Made by a program: the position numbers and the translations under genes. The notes below the pieces were generated by a model. It searched no databases, had not been told where the DNA came from, and saw only the letters and a list, made by a program, of their open reading frames with translations. A stretch of DNA of 64,000 nt from an uncultured Veillonellaceae bacterium (GTDB lineage Bacteria; Bacillota; Negativicutes; JARBTT01): NCBI GenBank assembly GCA_963805085.1, contig CAWDTA010000002.1:2048001-2112000 (forward strand), read 5' to 3'. Of this stretch, positions 18,955 through 28,801 are shown one piece after another. Within the stretch, counting starts at the first letter, position 1, and every line of letters begins with the position of its first letter.

Positions 18955-20367
18955 ATGGGAGACATTTGTAAGCAGGAATATAATAAATTAGATCAGAAAG
19001 ATATTGCTTTTCTACTCGATCTGCTTGGTAAAGACAGAGTATATACAGGTACGGAGATTAATGAAGACTACAGCCATGATGAACTTGGCGGAATAAGCAA
19101 AATGCCGGAAGCTGTTGTTGAAGTGTCAAGTACAAAAGAAGTAGCAAAGATTATGGAATATGCTTATGAGCATAGCATTCCTGTCGTGCCCAGAGGGTCT
19201 GGTACAGGGCTTGTTGGAGCATCTGTCGCTATTTATGGTGGGATTATGATCGATTTAACGAAAATGAATAAAATACTCGAAGTCGATGAAGAAAACTTAA
19301 CGCTAACCGTGGAGCCAGGCGTTTTGCTCATGGAGATTGGCAAGTTTGTCGAGCAGTACGATCTCTTTTATCCCCCTGACCCTGGTGAAAAGTCAGCTAC
19401 GATCGGCGGAAATATTAATACAAATGCCGGCGGCATGAGAGCAGTTAAATATGGTGTAACAAGGGATTATGTAAGAGGTCTTACGGTAGTGCTGCCAACA
19501 GGAAAAATTTTAGAAGTTGGTGGCAAGGTTGTTAAAAATAGCTCAGGATATAGTATAAAAGATCTTATTTGTGGTTCAGAAGGGACGTTGGGTATTGTAA
19601 CCCAAGCCGTGTTAAAGTTGCTGCCGTTGCCGAAAAAAGCCATAAGTTTGTTGGTTCCATTTTCCACCCTTGAAAGAGCCATCAATACAGTCCCTAAGAT
19701 CATAAAATCAAAGTCGATACCAACAGCTATTGAGTTTATGCAAAGAGAAGTTATTATTGCGGCAGAGGAGTATTTAGGCAAGAAATTCCCCGATAACTCA
19801 GCAGATGCCTATTTGCTGTTAACTTTTGACGGAAACAGCAAACAAGACGTTGAAAAAGAATATGACAGAGTGGCTAGCATCTGCTTAGCTGAAGGAGCCT
19901 TGGATGTCTATATTTCTGATACGGATGAAAGAAAAGAAGCGGTGTGGTCGGCGCGGGGAGCCTTTCTCGAAGCGTTGAAAGCCACTACCGAAATGGATGA
20001 ATGTGACGTTGTAGTGCCCAGAAATAAAGTTGCAGAATTTGTTAAATATACGACTGAACTACAGCAACAGTTTGGGATGAGAGTAAGAAGTTTTGGGCAT
20101 GCAGGCGATGGAAATTTGCACGTATATGTATTGAGAGATGATTTGCCACAGGAAGAGTGGCAAAAGAAATTGAAAGCGGTTTTCGCTTGTATGTATAAAA
20201 AATCTGTGGAGTTAGATGGATTAGTATCCGGGGAGCATGGCATAGGTTATGCGAAAAAAACGTATTTGTTTGAGCAATATGGCAATGATTACATGGGTCT
20301 CATGCTGAATATTAAGCTGGCCTTTGACCCTAAAAATATTTTAAATCCGGGCAAAGTTTGTCAGTAG
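18955..20367 (+). CDS. FAD-linked lactate dehydrogenase (LctD/GlcD-like)
   Basis: [34 protein letters not shown] and SGEHGIG motifs. Confidence 0.92.
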   Translation: MGDICKQEYNKLDQKDIAFLLDLLGKDRVYTGTEINEDYSHDELGGISKMPEAVVEVSSTKEVAKIMEYAYEHSIPVVPRGSGTGLVGASVAIYGGIMIDLTKMNKILEVDEENLTLTVEPGVLLMEIGKFVEQYDLFYPPDPGEKSATIGGNINTNAGGMRAVKYGVTRDYVRGLTVVLPTGKILEVGGKVVKNSSGYSIKDLICGSEGTLGIVTQAVLKLLPLPKKAISLLVPFSTLERAINTVPKIIKSKSIPTAIEFMQREVIIAAEEYLGKKFPDNSADAYLLLTFDGNSKQDVEKEYDRVASICLAEGALDVYISDTDERKEAVWSARGAFLEALKATTEMDECDVVVPRNKVAEFVKYTTELQQQFGMRVRSFGHAGDGNLHVYVLRDDLPQEEWQKKLKAVFACMYKKSVELDGLVSGEHGIGYAKKTYLFEQYGNDYMGLMLNIKLAFDPKNILNPGKVCQ

Positions 20368-20494
20368 GCTGCCAAGTATCTGGTTAGAAAGCCCTTTAGA
20401 GTGGCGCGCTGCGTTCTTCTTGCTTTAAACTATTCCGGACGCACCGTTTTCTATAGTATTTCAAACTATCTATGAATACGGGAGGAAGAATACC

Positions 20495-22018
20495 ATGAAT
20501 ATGTATTTGCTTTTTATGATTGCATTGATACCAATCGTTTGGCTAATGGTTTCATTGGTAGGGTTAAAGATAGCAGGGCATAAAACAACCCCGCTTAGCC
20601 TTGGTATAACGCTTATGCTAGCAATAACTGTATGGGGAATGCCAGCAATCGATGCGGTGAGCGCAGGACTAGAGGGAGCGGCTATGGCCATATGGCCGAT
20701 TATGATTGTTATTATTGCCGCTGTATTTATTTATAATCTGTCGCTGTACACAAAGGGGATGGATGTTATTACGAGTATGATGACAGGTATAACAACAGAT
20801 CAAAGAATATTAGTGCTTATCCTAGCATGGGGGTTTGGCGGATTTCTTGAGGCTATTGCCGGTTTTGGGACGGCTGTTGCTATTCCGGCCAGCATTATGG
20901 CGGCACTTGGCTTTGAACCTGTTTTCGCGGCAATTATCTGTCTAATTGCCAATACTACGCCAACCGCCTTTGGCGCTATAGGGCTTCCGGTATCAACACT
21001 TGCCCAAGTTGCCGGTCTTGAGGTAAACGAATTAAGTTATGCGATAGCACTTCAGCTTGTACTCTTAATTGTTATTGTTCCCATGGTATTAGTTATGATT
21101 ACGGGAAAAAGTGTCAAGGCCATTAAGGGGGTTTTTGGCATCTCGCTGGTATCAGGGTTAGCGTTTGCTGTTCCGCAACTGCTAGCAAGTAAGTATATGG
21201 GCGCGGAACTTCCAGCCATTCTCGGTTCTGTAGTGTGTTTAGTCACAACAATTGCTTGGGCTAAACTATATCATAAAGATAAAGCACAAAAAAATGCAAA
21301 AAAGATATCCACGAGGCAAGCATGCATGGCTTGGCTGCCATTTGTCTTAGTATTCCTCATTATAATTGCCACAAGCTCGTTATTTCCCAGTATCAATAAA
21401 ATGTTAGCGGCAGTGCAAACTGCAGTAAACATTTACAGCGGTCCTGGCGGTCATCCCTATTCCTTTGTCTGGCTCGCTAATCCAGGTACGCTTATTATCT
21501 TTGCAGGGATTATCGGAGGCTTGCTGCAAGGAATAAAGCTTACTGAAGTAGTTGGTGTCTTAGGGAAGACGGTTAGGCAAATGACCAATTCCGCCATTAC
21601 TATAGTTTCTATTGTAGCACTGGCAAAAGTTATGAGTTATAGTGGCATGATCAAGTCAATAGCCGTAGTTTTAGTTTCGGTAACAGGCTCAGCCTATCCC
21701 CTCATAGCGCCTGTTATCGGAGCACTTGGCACTTTTGTAACAGGCAGTGATACATCGGCAAACGTATTGTTCGGCGGGCTGCAAGTCGAAGCGGCTAGAT
21801 CACTCTCGTTGAATCCCTATTGGTTAGCTGCAGCTAATGCGGCAGGCGCAACTGCAGGCAAGATGATATCACCACAAAGCATTGCTGTTGCCACTGCTGC
21901 TACAGGACTTGCGGGTGCAGAGGGCAAAATATTATCAGCTACTTTACGCTTTTGTATGGTTTATGTAATTATATTAGGCATCGTGACATTCCTAATGGAA
22001 CCGATTTTTGTAGACTGA
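20495..22018 (+). CDS. lctP: L-lactate permease (LctP family)
   Basis: FGGFLEAIAGFG, ANTTPTAFGAIG, GSDTSANVLFG and GKMISPQSIA motifs. Confidence 0.93.
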   Translation: MNMYLLFMIALIPIVWLMVSLVGLKIAGHKTTPLSLGITLMLAITVWGMPAIDAVSAGLEGAAMAIWPIMIVIIAAVFIYNLSLYTKGMDVITSMMTGITTDQRILVLILAWGFGGFLEAIAGFGTAVAIPASIMAALGFEPVFAAIICLIANTTPTAFGAIGLPVSTLAQVAGLEVNELSYAIALQLVLLIVIVPMVLVMITGKSVKAIKGVFGISLVSGLAFAVPQLLASKYMGAELPAILGSVVCLVTTIAWAKLYHKDKAQKNAKKISTRQACMAWLPFVLVFLIIIATSSLFPSINKMLAAVQTAVNIYSGPGGHPYSFVWLANPGTLIIFAGIIGGLLQGIKLTEVVGVLGKTVRQMTNSAITIVSIVALAKVMSYSGMIKSIAVVLVSVTGSAYPLIAPVIGALGTFVTGSDTSANVLFGGLQVEAARSLSLNPYWLAAANAAGATAGKMISPQSIAVATAATGLAGAEGKILSATLRFCMVYVIILGIVTFLMEPIFVD

Positions 22019-22040
22019 GTGACGGTTCTCTTTAGTACTA
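22011..22040 (+). repeat. Border palindrome R, copy 5 (supplies the lctP stop codon)
   Basis: TAGACTGAGTGACGGTTCTCTTTAGTACTA. Confidence 0.8.
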
Positions 22041-22249
22041 TAAAAGTGTGAACACTAAATGAAAGAATTTAGTCGTTCACACTTATTTTTATTATAATAA
22101 GTGGAGTATATGGTCAGACGTCCGGTTCTGTGGATTTCGCATCCGTGAGACAAACAGTCTGCCATCCACTAGTTATAAATCTTTGATTAAGCAGGTTGGA
22201 ACCACTTATTGGCTTTCGTGTAACGGACTAAAATGAAGAGTAATAAGGG

Positions 22250-22699
22250 AAACATGGGGACAGGGATTATGTTTTCTATGATACATCAGATCATTCAAGA
22301 CAGCTGGCTCTATAGGGAAGGTAAGGAGATCATTGATCTCCTTTAATTTTTACCAGACTTCTTATAATAGATCCTAGGGTGATTGTCAGCGCTGCAACCA
22401 CAATAATCAGTGTAAACTCATTCGTATATTGTATATGTAATTCTACAGCTGCCAATGTTATCAAAATTAAAGTATATATTCCCATAATGTTATTGGGCCA
22501 TGGGGATAGAATATATTCTTCCGAACCCAATAAAATTCACCTACCTTTCTTTTATGTATATCCTACGCAGCTTCATTGCTTTCTGCGCTTATCCGACTGC
22601 ATTTTGGGGGTGCCTATGAAACATGGGGACAGGGATTATGTTTACTAGAAAAGAAGTAAAACAAGCCCCCTGTCCCCATGTTTTCTGTCCCCATGTTTT
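22250..22699. repeat. Second REP-like family AAACATGGGGACAGGGATTATGTTT (22250, 22619; inverted at 22658-22699)
   Basis: Direct and inverted copies read directly from the sequence. Confidence 0.85.
22330..22530 (-). CDS. Small membrane protein or fragment between REP-like direct repeats
   Basis: 66 aa with two hydrophobic segments; RBS AGGTAGGTGA. Confidence 0.5.
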   Translation of the reverse strand: MGSEEYILSPWPNNIMGIYTLILITLAAVELHIQYTNEFTLIIVVAALTITLGSIIRSLVKIKGDQ

Positions 22700-22900
22700 T
22701 GTGGAAATGAAAAAGAGATTTCTACAAAGTTAGAAGGATGGAATTATGTTGAATCTGAGGAAGATATGCTTACTTTTATGGAAACATTTAACGTATTTCA
22801 TGATTCTTTATTAAGAAATTTAAATTACATAATTAAATTACATAAGTGGTTCTGGAAAAGGTGAAAAAGGAATTAATGTCACATCCACATCGCTGCCCAC

Positions 22901-23224
22901 TTATACCATATGTTGCTCTCCCCATCGAAACATGAGTTCCAATATTGGGATTAGCGTTTTTCCTTCTTCAGTCAGCCAATATTCAACTTTGGGCGGAACT
23001 TGGTTGTATTGTTCTCTATGAATTAGTTGGCTTTTCTCCAATTCTTTTAGTTGATGACTTAATGTCTTATGTGCTATCGGTTGTAATGTATCTTTTAATT
23101 TATTATATCTTATTATCTTGGCCTTATGTATTTCCCATAATATAATCCATTTCCATTTTCCTTCAAGAATAGATATTGTATAATACATTGGACATTTTTT
23201 GTATTTCTCATCAAAATTCTCCAT
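22901..23224 (-). CDS. HxlR-family winged-helix regulator
   Basis: CP..ILEGKWK..LSHQLKELE..QVPPKVEYWLT. Confidence 0.92.
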   Translation of the reverse strand: MENFDEKYKKCPMYYTISILEGKWKWIILWEIHKAKIIRYNKLKDTLQPIAHKTLSHQLKELEKSQLIHREQYNQVPPKVEYWLTEEGKTLIPILELMFRWGEQHMV

Positions 23225-23346
23225 GATAGACTCCTTTACTCACCTTTGGGTTAGTATCTAACAAACTTGTGCATACTATACTCATTGCCCATAATGATAT
23301 ACAATGCAGTACATAAAGTCAAAATAAATGAGAGGTGTGATACAAA

Positions 23347-24144
23347 ATGAATTTAATTACCGTTGATCAGGAAAAGTGCATACAATGCGGGATTTGCGCG
23401 GCAGAATGCCCGACTGTAGTCTTACATATGGGAGAAAAGGGACCGGAGGCGGTTAACCCAGATTACTGCATGGCCTGTGGGCATTGTGTAGCTGTGTGTC
23501 CTCATGCCGCTATTAACAATACACTGACACCGCTGGACCATCAGCTTGCTATAACAGAATTTCCTGTGTTGAACAAGGAATCCGCCGGGCGTTTTCTTCG
23601 GTCGCGCCGCTCCATTCGTTCCTATAAGAAAACGCCTGCGTCCCGGGAACAGCTGCGAGAGCTTGTCGAAATGGCCCGGATGGCTCCCACAGGAAGCAAT
23701 CGGCAGGGTGTATCCTATATTATTGTTGAAGACGGAGAAATTGTTGAGAAGGCCGCTGTGGTGATAATCGAATGGTTGGAAAAAAATCTAACACACCCGT
23801 ATTTTAGCGTTTTTATCCAGGAATTCCGGGAAAAGGGTATTGACACCATTCTACGCGGCGCGCCGCATCTTATTTTGGCAATTTCCGCCTTGGATTTTAA
23901 GCAAGGTCGTGAAAATTCCATCTTTTCGCTGGCATACCTAGAGCTATATGCACCTGCTCTTGGATTAGGTTCTTGCTGGGCAGGAATTTTTGAGATGTGT
24001 GCTTTTAGCGGTCATGAGCCGTTACTGAAGTTATTCAACATTCCCGAAGGTAAAAAGATAACTGGAGCCGTTATGGTTGGCTATCCCAAATACCGTTATC
24101 AGAGACTGACAGACCGCAATCCATTGGAAGTTGCCTTTTTGTAA
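23347..24144 (+). CDS. Nitroreductase with N-terminal 2x[4Fe-4S] ferredoxin domain
   Basis: CxxCxxCxxxCP twice; RRSIRSY, APTGSN and GLGSCWAG motifs. Confidence 0.92.
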   Translation: MNLITVDQEKCIQCGICAAECPTVVLHMGEKGPEAVNPDYCMACGHCVAVCPHAAINNTLTPLDHQLAITEFPVLNKESAGRFLRSRRSIRSYKKTPASREQLRELVEMARMAPTGSNRQGVSYIIVEDGEIVEKAAVVIIEWLEKNLTHPYFSVFIQEFREKGIDTILRGAPHLILAISALDFKQGRENSIFSLAYLELYAPALGLGSCWAGIFEMCAFSGHEPLLKLFNIPEGKKITGAVMVGYPKYRYQRLTDRNPLEVAFL

Positions 24145-24295
24145 ACGAGAGGCGAAAGGTAGTCTAAATTCCTTACTAATTTCAAACAGACGTTTTTTAA
24201 CGTTACAGATCGTAGACCAAAGGTACTTTACGTAAAGAGTAAAGTACCTTTGGAATTGCAAAATTCAAATTTTTTAAAGAAACTGATGTGTATTT

Positions 24296-24485
24296 AAGAC
24301 ATAGTGACGGTTCTTGTGTCTAAAAGAAGGATACAAAAGAATGAATTATTAAACAAATGGAGCATGTACAAATTCAAAAAAAACCTGAATTGTACATGCT
24401 CTATTTGTTTATTTCTGATTTGTCCGTTCTACCAACGAGGTAATCAAGCGAAACATCAAAGTGATTAGCTAAAGCAAGAAGAACC
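24296..24485. repeat. Palindrome R copy 6 (24296-24322) plus hairpin A copy 3 with xre 3' remnant
   Basis: AAGACATAGTGACGGTTCTTGTGTCTA; 24351-24485 matches 11182-11317. Confidence 0.85.
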
Positions 24486-24498
24486 TGTCCTTGTTATT

Positions 24499-24675
24499 TT
24501 ATAATTTATCTACATTAATGTTATTGAGCTGTTCTTTTGATTCTTGGTCTTTCAAATAAAAAGCAATTGCGCATTCTATTTCTTTGGCTGTTGATCTTCT
24601 GTTCTTTTTAGCTGATTCTGCAAGTTCGTTAAATAAATCGCCATTCATTCGTAATGTAAAACGTTTTTCTTCCAT
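24499..24675 (-). CDS. Arc-like ribbon-helix-helix DNA-binding protein
   Basis: KRFTLRM..LAESAKKNRRSTAKEIE; repeated TGACATCA boxes upstream (24705, 24749, 24776). Confidence 0.85.
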   Translation of the reverse strand: MEEKRFTLRMNGDLFNELAESAKKNRRSTAKEIECAIAFYLKDQESKEQLNNINVDKL

Positions 24676-24999
24676 TTTTAGCAAGCGTCCTTTCGACATT
24701 GATTTGACATCATTATAAAGTAAAAGCGTACATTTCTATTATGACTATTGATGTCATAATGACAATGTGGTAGTATGACATCAATAATATGTGACGTCGA
24801 AATTAAGACAAATAATAAAGCAAACTTACTTCTTAGTATATCTTAAAATAAAAATCTATATAAACTTAATTATACCCGAAATTGGATATAGTTCCTAGAA
24901 AGATTAAAAAAATGATAAAATTTAAGCTTGTATTATCTGTACCTGTACATAAAAACTCTAGTAATTAATAACCAAATAATAATTGGAGGGATATTTACT

Positions 25000-25293
25000 A
25001 TGGTAAAGAGTGTGTTTGATTTGTTGGCTTCTACGATAAAGCATGAAAAATTGGTTGATTTACAATTGGAGAAATATTCTAGTGAGTATTATTATGCGAA
25101 TAAAAAAGTTCTTGCATATCAGAAAAAAATCAAGAGTGCATTGCCATTGGAGTTGCAGGAAACTTTGATAGGGCTTGATGATGAATATAGTAGTATGCTG
25201 AGCAGCGGAATGGACATATATTATCGGCAAGGATTTTCCGATGCAGTCCGGCTGATAATGGAGACGTTAACTTGGGGGCCGACGCGGAGTTGA
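25000..25293 (+). CDS. Module protein B, copy 3
   Basis: Near-identical to copies 1 and 2, with conserved upstream DNA from about 24850. Confidence 0.85.
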   Translation: MVKSVFDLLASTIKHEKLVDLQLEKYSSEYYYANKKVLAYQKKIKSALPLELQETLIGLDDEYSSMLSSGMDIYYRQGFSDAVRLIMETLTWGPTRS

Positions 25294-25594
25294 AAGTGAT
25301 ACATATTTAGTAATTAAAATAGAAAAAATAAAGAAAAGAGCACTAATATTGCATAGCACTTTTTGCTTTAAGTATGTTGGAAATGAGTCGGAGAATTGGA
25401 ATTGCCTGCAAACCGTCTTTGCGATTTCTCCTAGGCAGCTTTGAAATCCCCTTTCCTAGAATTATAGGTATATAACGCAGGGGAAAATGACAAAACTATG
25501 AGAATGATAAATGAACAGCAATGCAAAAAAGGATGCATACTGATTCTATTAGTATATTGAGTCGAATCTTATTCCTAATCTAGGAGGATCGTTT

Positions 25595-26563
25595 ATGCCA
25601 AAAGAGATAACGCACTGGGCGATTGCAACGACAGCAAGAAAAAACGTACATTATAAACGTATCAAATGCGTAATTGATGAGAACTATGCCTCGTTTTTAG
25701 CCGGAGCAGTTGCCTATGATATTCCGTACTATTCTAGAGGCAAATCTTCTCGCATTTTGGCGAAAAAGGCTGCTGAACTCCACGGGGTAGAAACATGCAA
25801 AGTATGGAAACCTATAATAAATTTACTCCAGAACTATTCGATAGACGAAGATGGTGGCATTCCTGATGTTATGCTTTCCTTTATACTAGGTTGTATTAGC
25901 CATGTTATTATTGATAGCTGCTATCATCCTTTTATTTATTACTTTACAGGAAATAATTATGACGAAGATATCCATAAAAGAAACAAAGCGGTATTTAAAC
26001 ATCGGCAATTTGAGTCTCACTTAGACTTGTATTATCTACGAAAGCTTAACTACACTGGACCCACCAGCGCAAAATATATATTCAGTCAATTACGAGGTTC
26101 GATAATGACTGATTTTTTATCGTTATTGTATTTCAGTAATGATGTTAATAAGAGAATCGAAATGACGCAGGAATGCTTAAATGACTATATAAAGACCCAG
26201 GGGTTATTCAATAATAAGATTTTGAAGTATGCGCTGAAACTTTTAGGTATCGTAAATGTGGAAATGAGGAAACGTAGTGCATTATTTTATCCTAAGACCA
26301 TTGATACCGCATACTATCGACTGTTTGAGAATAACAGTCAATACAGACATCCTGCTTCTGGGGAATTAATCGAAGCCTCTCTTGATACGATTTACAACAA
26401 GTGTATTACTGATATAGTATCAAGTTTTTCCAAACTCGACTGTTGCAGGACTCGAAATGAATATATTGAAACCATCCGTAGGTTTTCTGAGGTATCGTTA
26501 GAGAGTGGAAAGGAATGTACAAGTCCTTCATTAATGAAATACTTTTCGGATAATTCTAGATAA
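25595..26563 (+). CDS. Zinc-dependent phospholipase C family protein
   Basis: N-terminal TH, GAVAYDIPYY, H..GCISHVIIDSCYHP and HRQFESHLD motifs. Confidence 0.8.
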   Translation: MPKEITHWAIATTARKNVHYKRIKCVIDENYASFLAGAVAYDIPYYSRGKSSRILAKKAAELHGVETCKVWKPIINLLQNYSIDEDGGIPDVMLSFILGCISHVIIDSCYHPFIYYFTGNNYDEDIHKRNKAVFKHRQFESHLDLYYLRKLNYTGPTSAKYIFSQLRGSIMTDFLSLLYFSNDVNKRIEMTQECLNDYIKTQGLFNNKILKYALKLLGIVNVEMRKRSALFYPKTIDTAYYRLFENNSQYRHPASGELIEASLDTIYNKCITDIVSSFSKLDCCRTRNEYIETIRRFSEVSLESGKECTSPSLMKYFSDNSR

Positions 26564-26832
26564 AATCGGCAAAGTAGGTTTTTAGTTGCTGCCGAAACTT
26601 CACTTTCTGGCAATATTCATGGAATGTCGGTAGCGGTGAGCTTAGGCAGTGGTCATGAACGATTGACGGTAATTGGAGGTACCGAAGCCAAGCTAGATCT
26701 AGGGGTGTCAAGATTGAAATTCGGGATTTGGCCCCTGGGAGAAGAGTCTACTTTCCGCGATATAAATACTGCTTAAGCTAGCCTATAATATGTAATTTAA
26801 TGCTATTTTGTTATTCAGAAAGGAGTAGCATC

Positions 26833-27513
26833 TTGAAAAAACTATTTATTGCGAGCCTCATTTTAAACTTGCTTATAATACCAACGTGTATAGTAATTTT
26901 AGTGAGAAATCATTACCCAAAACAAACTACAACAACGATAATGGAATCAGACAATTATAAATACAGACTTGATATGTTTAACACTTTGCCAATGGAAAAG
27001 CAAAGTATTGTATTTTTAGGTGATAGTCATACAGAGCGTTGCGAGTGGGCAGAACTTTTTCAGAATTCAGATATAATTAACAGAGGAATTGATGGTGACA
27101 CTACCGAAGGTTTATTCAGTAGAGTCCATAATATAACAATATTAAAGCCTAATAAGATTTTTATTATGATTGGCGTTAATGATATTTTAGCTCATACCCC
27201 TTCAGTAACAACAATAGAAAATTACAGACAAGTGATAGAAGCGATTAGCTGGGAATCGCCTAATACTAAAATATACCTACAAAGCGTACTACCAATATCC
27301 GAATCTATAAATAAAGAAGCAAACGCTGATATCGTAGCTTTCAATAACGAAATACAAAAATTGGCACAAACTTATAATGTCACATACATTAATCTGTATG
27401 ATAAATTTTATACACGAGACGGACTAAACGAAGCATTAAATTATGATGGACTACACCTAAATGGAAAAGGATATTTATTGTGGCGTGAACTTATAACAAA
27501 TTATATAGAATAA
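26833..27513 (+). CDS. SGNH/GDSL hydrolase with N-terminal anchor
   Basis: FLGDSHTE, NRGIDGDTT, IGVND and DGLHLN motifs; TTG start after AGGAG. Confidence 0.9.
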   Translation: MKKLFIASLILNLLIIPTCIVILVRNHYPKQTTTTIMESDNYKYRLDMFNTLPMEKQSIVFLGDSHTERCEWAELFQNSDIINRGIDGDTTEGLFSRVHNITILKPNKIFIMIGVNDILAHTPSVTTIENYRQVIEAISWESPNTKIYLQSVLPISESINKEANADIVAFNNEIQKLAQTYNVTYINLYDKFYTRDGLNEALNYDGLHLNGKGYLLWRELITNYIE

Positions 27514-27829
27514 AAAACGGTTTTTTTTATACTTTATAAACACTCGTAGATGTAATTCCTTCGACACGTTATAGATTCTTCTAACAAGTCATTAAACTCG
27601 ATTGTTATATAAGAAAGTTCGATGATAAACACTAATAGGATGGAGCTCTAACTAAATGTTTCTTTTATAATCGATACGGAGAATCGTATATTGAAAAGGG
27701 GGGATTTTCAAGGTCGCGGATCGCCTCCACCAAGTGAATATGAAATATGGAATATTGCTGGAATATATAAAGTGAGCCGTTAAGACTGATAAGGTCTTAA
27801 CGGATTTTGACGTTTATAGTACGCTTACA

Positions 27830-28411
27830 TTGGAGGGGTATTTATTATGGTAAAGAGTGTGTTTGATTTGTTGGCTTCTACGATGGAACATGAAAATTCG
27901 TTCATACATGAACTGTTACAGTTTTTGTATGACCAAATGACGAAAATTTTATAATAAGCAAAAAATCCAGCTGAACATAGAAGTTAGCTGGATTTTTATT
28001 ATAATACTTACTTTTTTTTGACACAAAATCATCGTTTTCTGACACCATCTTTACGGTAAATCATGTTAATATCAAGGTGAAAATAATTATGAAGGCGATG
28101 ACGATGATGGATTTTAAAAGCTCTTCACAGGCGAGTCATTCGATAGTCTTATTATCAATTTTAAAAGGAAGATGAATGTTGTGACAGAGGCCTTACCTCT
28201 CTTTACATTTTGTTTAGGATTTTGCATTGGCTTATTGTTGTGGCCAAAACTTATAGGATTTAAAAAAATAACCGCTACTCTCGTCGAAATAAAGTGTTAG
28301 CGGTTATTTTGATATAAATTTAGCCTAAGCCTTTGTCAGACGACCGTTTCCAGTACGTCTTTTTATATTTTTATCTTATAACAGGCAAAGTATACTGTCA
28401 AGAGGATTTAG
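27830..28411 (+). repeat. Collapsed module copy: 5' end of B, joined to a copy of 12469-12836, joined to the antitoxin region (14941-15086)
   Basis: MVKSVFDLLASTMEHE at 27847, followed by the two recognisable segments. Confidence 0.85.
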
Positions 28412-28422
28412 GATTTAGGCTT

Positions 28423-28757
28423 TAGACAGAGTGACGGTTCTTGTGTCTAAAATAAGGATACAAAAAAATGAATTATTAAACAAATGGAGCATGTAAAATT
28501 CAAGAATAACCTGAATTTCACATGCTCTATTTGTTTATTTCTGATTTGTCCGTTCTACCAACGAGGTAATCAAGTGAAGAATGACATTTTTCGCGAATGA
28601 AAAGGCTTGAAGTATTAATTATTTTTATGTTTGTTTTTTTTATATGCTAAAAACTAAATTCTAATGCCGTTTGTAGCTTAATCTTGTCCTCGGTATCAAG
28701 GTGATAAATCTCATCATCGAATATAATTTCTGCTTGATCAAGGAACATTGCCAAGTC
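28423..28757. repeat. Palindrome R copy 7, hairpin A copy 4 and a 3' remnant of the 13577 repressor
   Basis: TAGACAGAGTGACGGTTCTTGTGTCTA; 28478-28757 aligns with 13438-13717. Confidence 0.85.
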
Positions 28758-28801
28758 CGATTCTGAAGATATAAACAGCTAGCTACCTGAAACGATTCAA
28801 G

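Noticed and set aside
22566-22582. ANTAR-like hairpin AGC-AATGAA-GCT on the minus strand
   Set aside because: It is a single hairpin with no overlapping terminator or nitrogen-related gene, so it may be chance.
12150-25293. Diversity-generating retroelement (B copies as TR/VR)
   Set aside because: Differences between copies are not adenine-specific, many are synonymous, and no reverse transcriptase is present.
27721-27732. tRNA or tmRNA gene
   Set aside because: Only a 12-nt 3'-end-like motif is present, with no T-arm or cloverleaf upstream.
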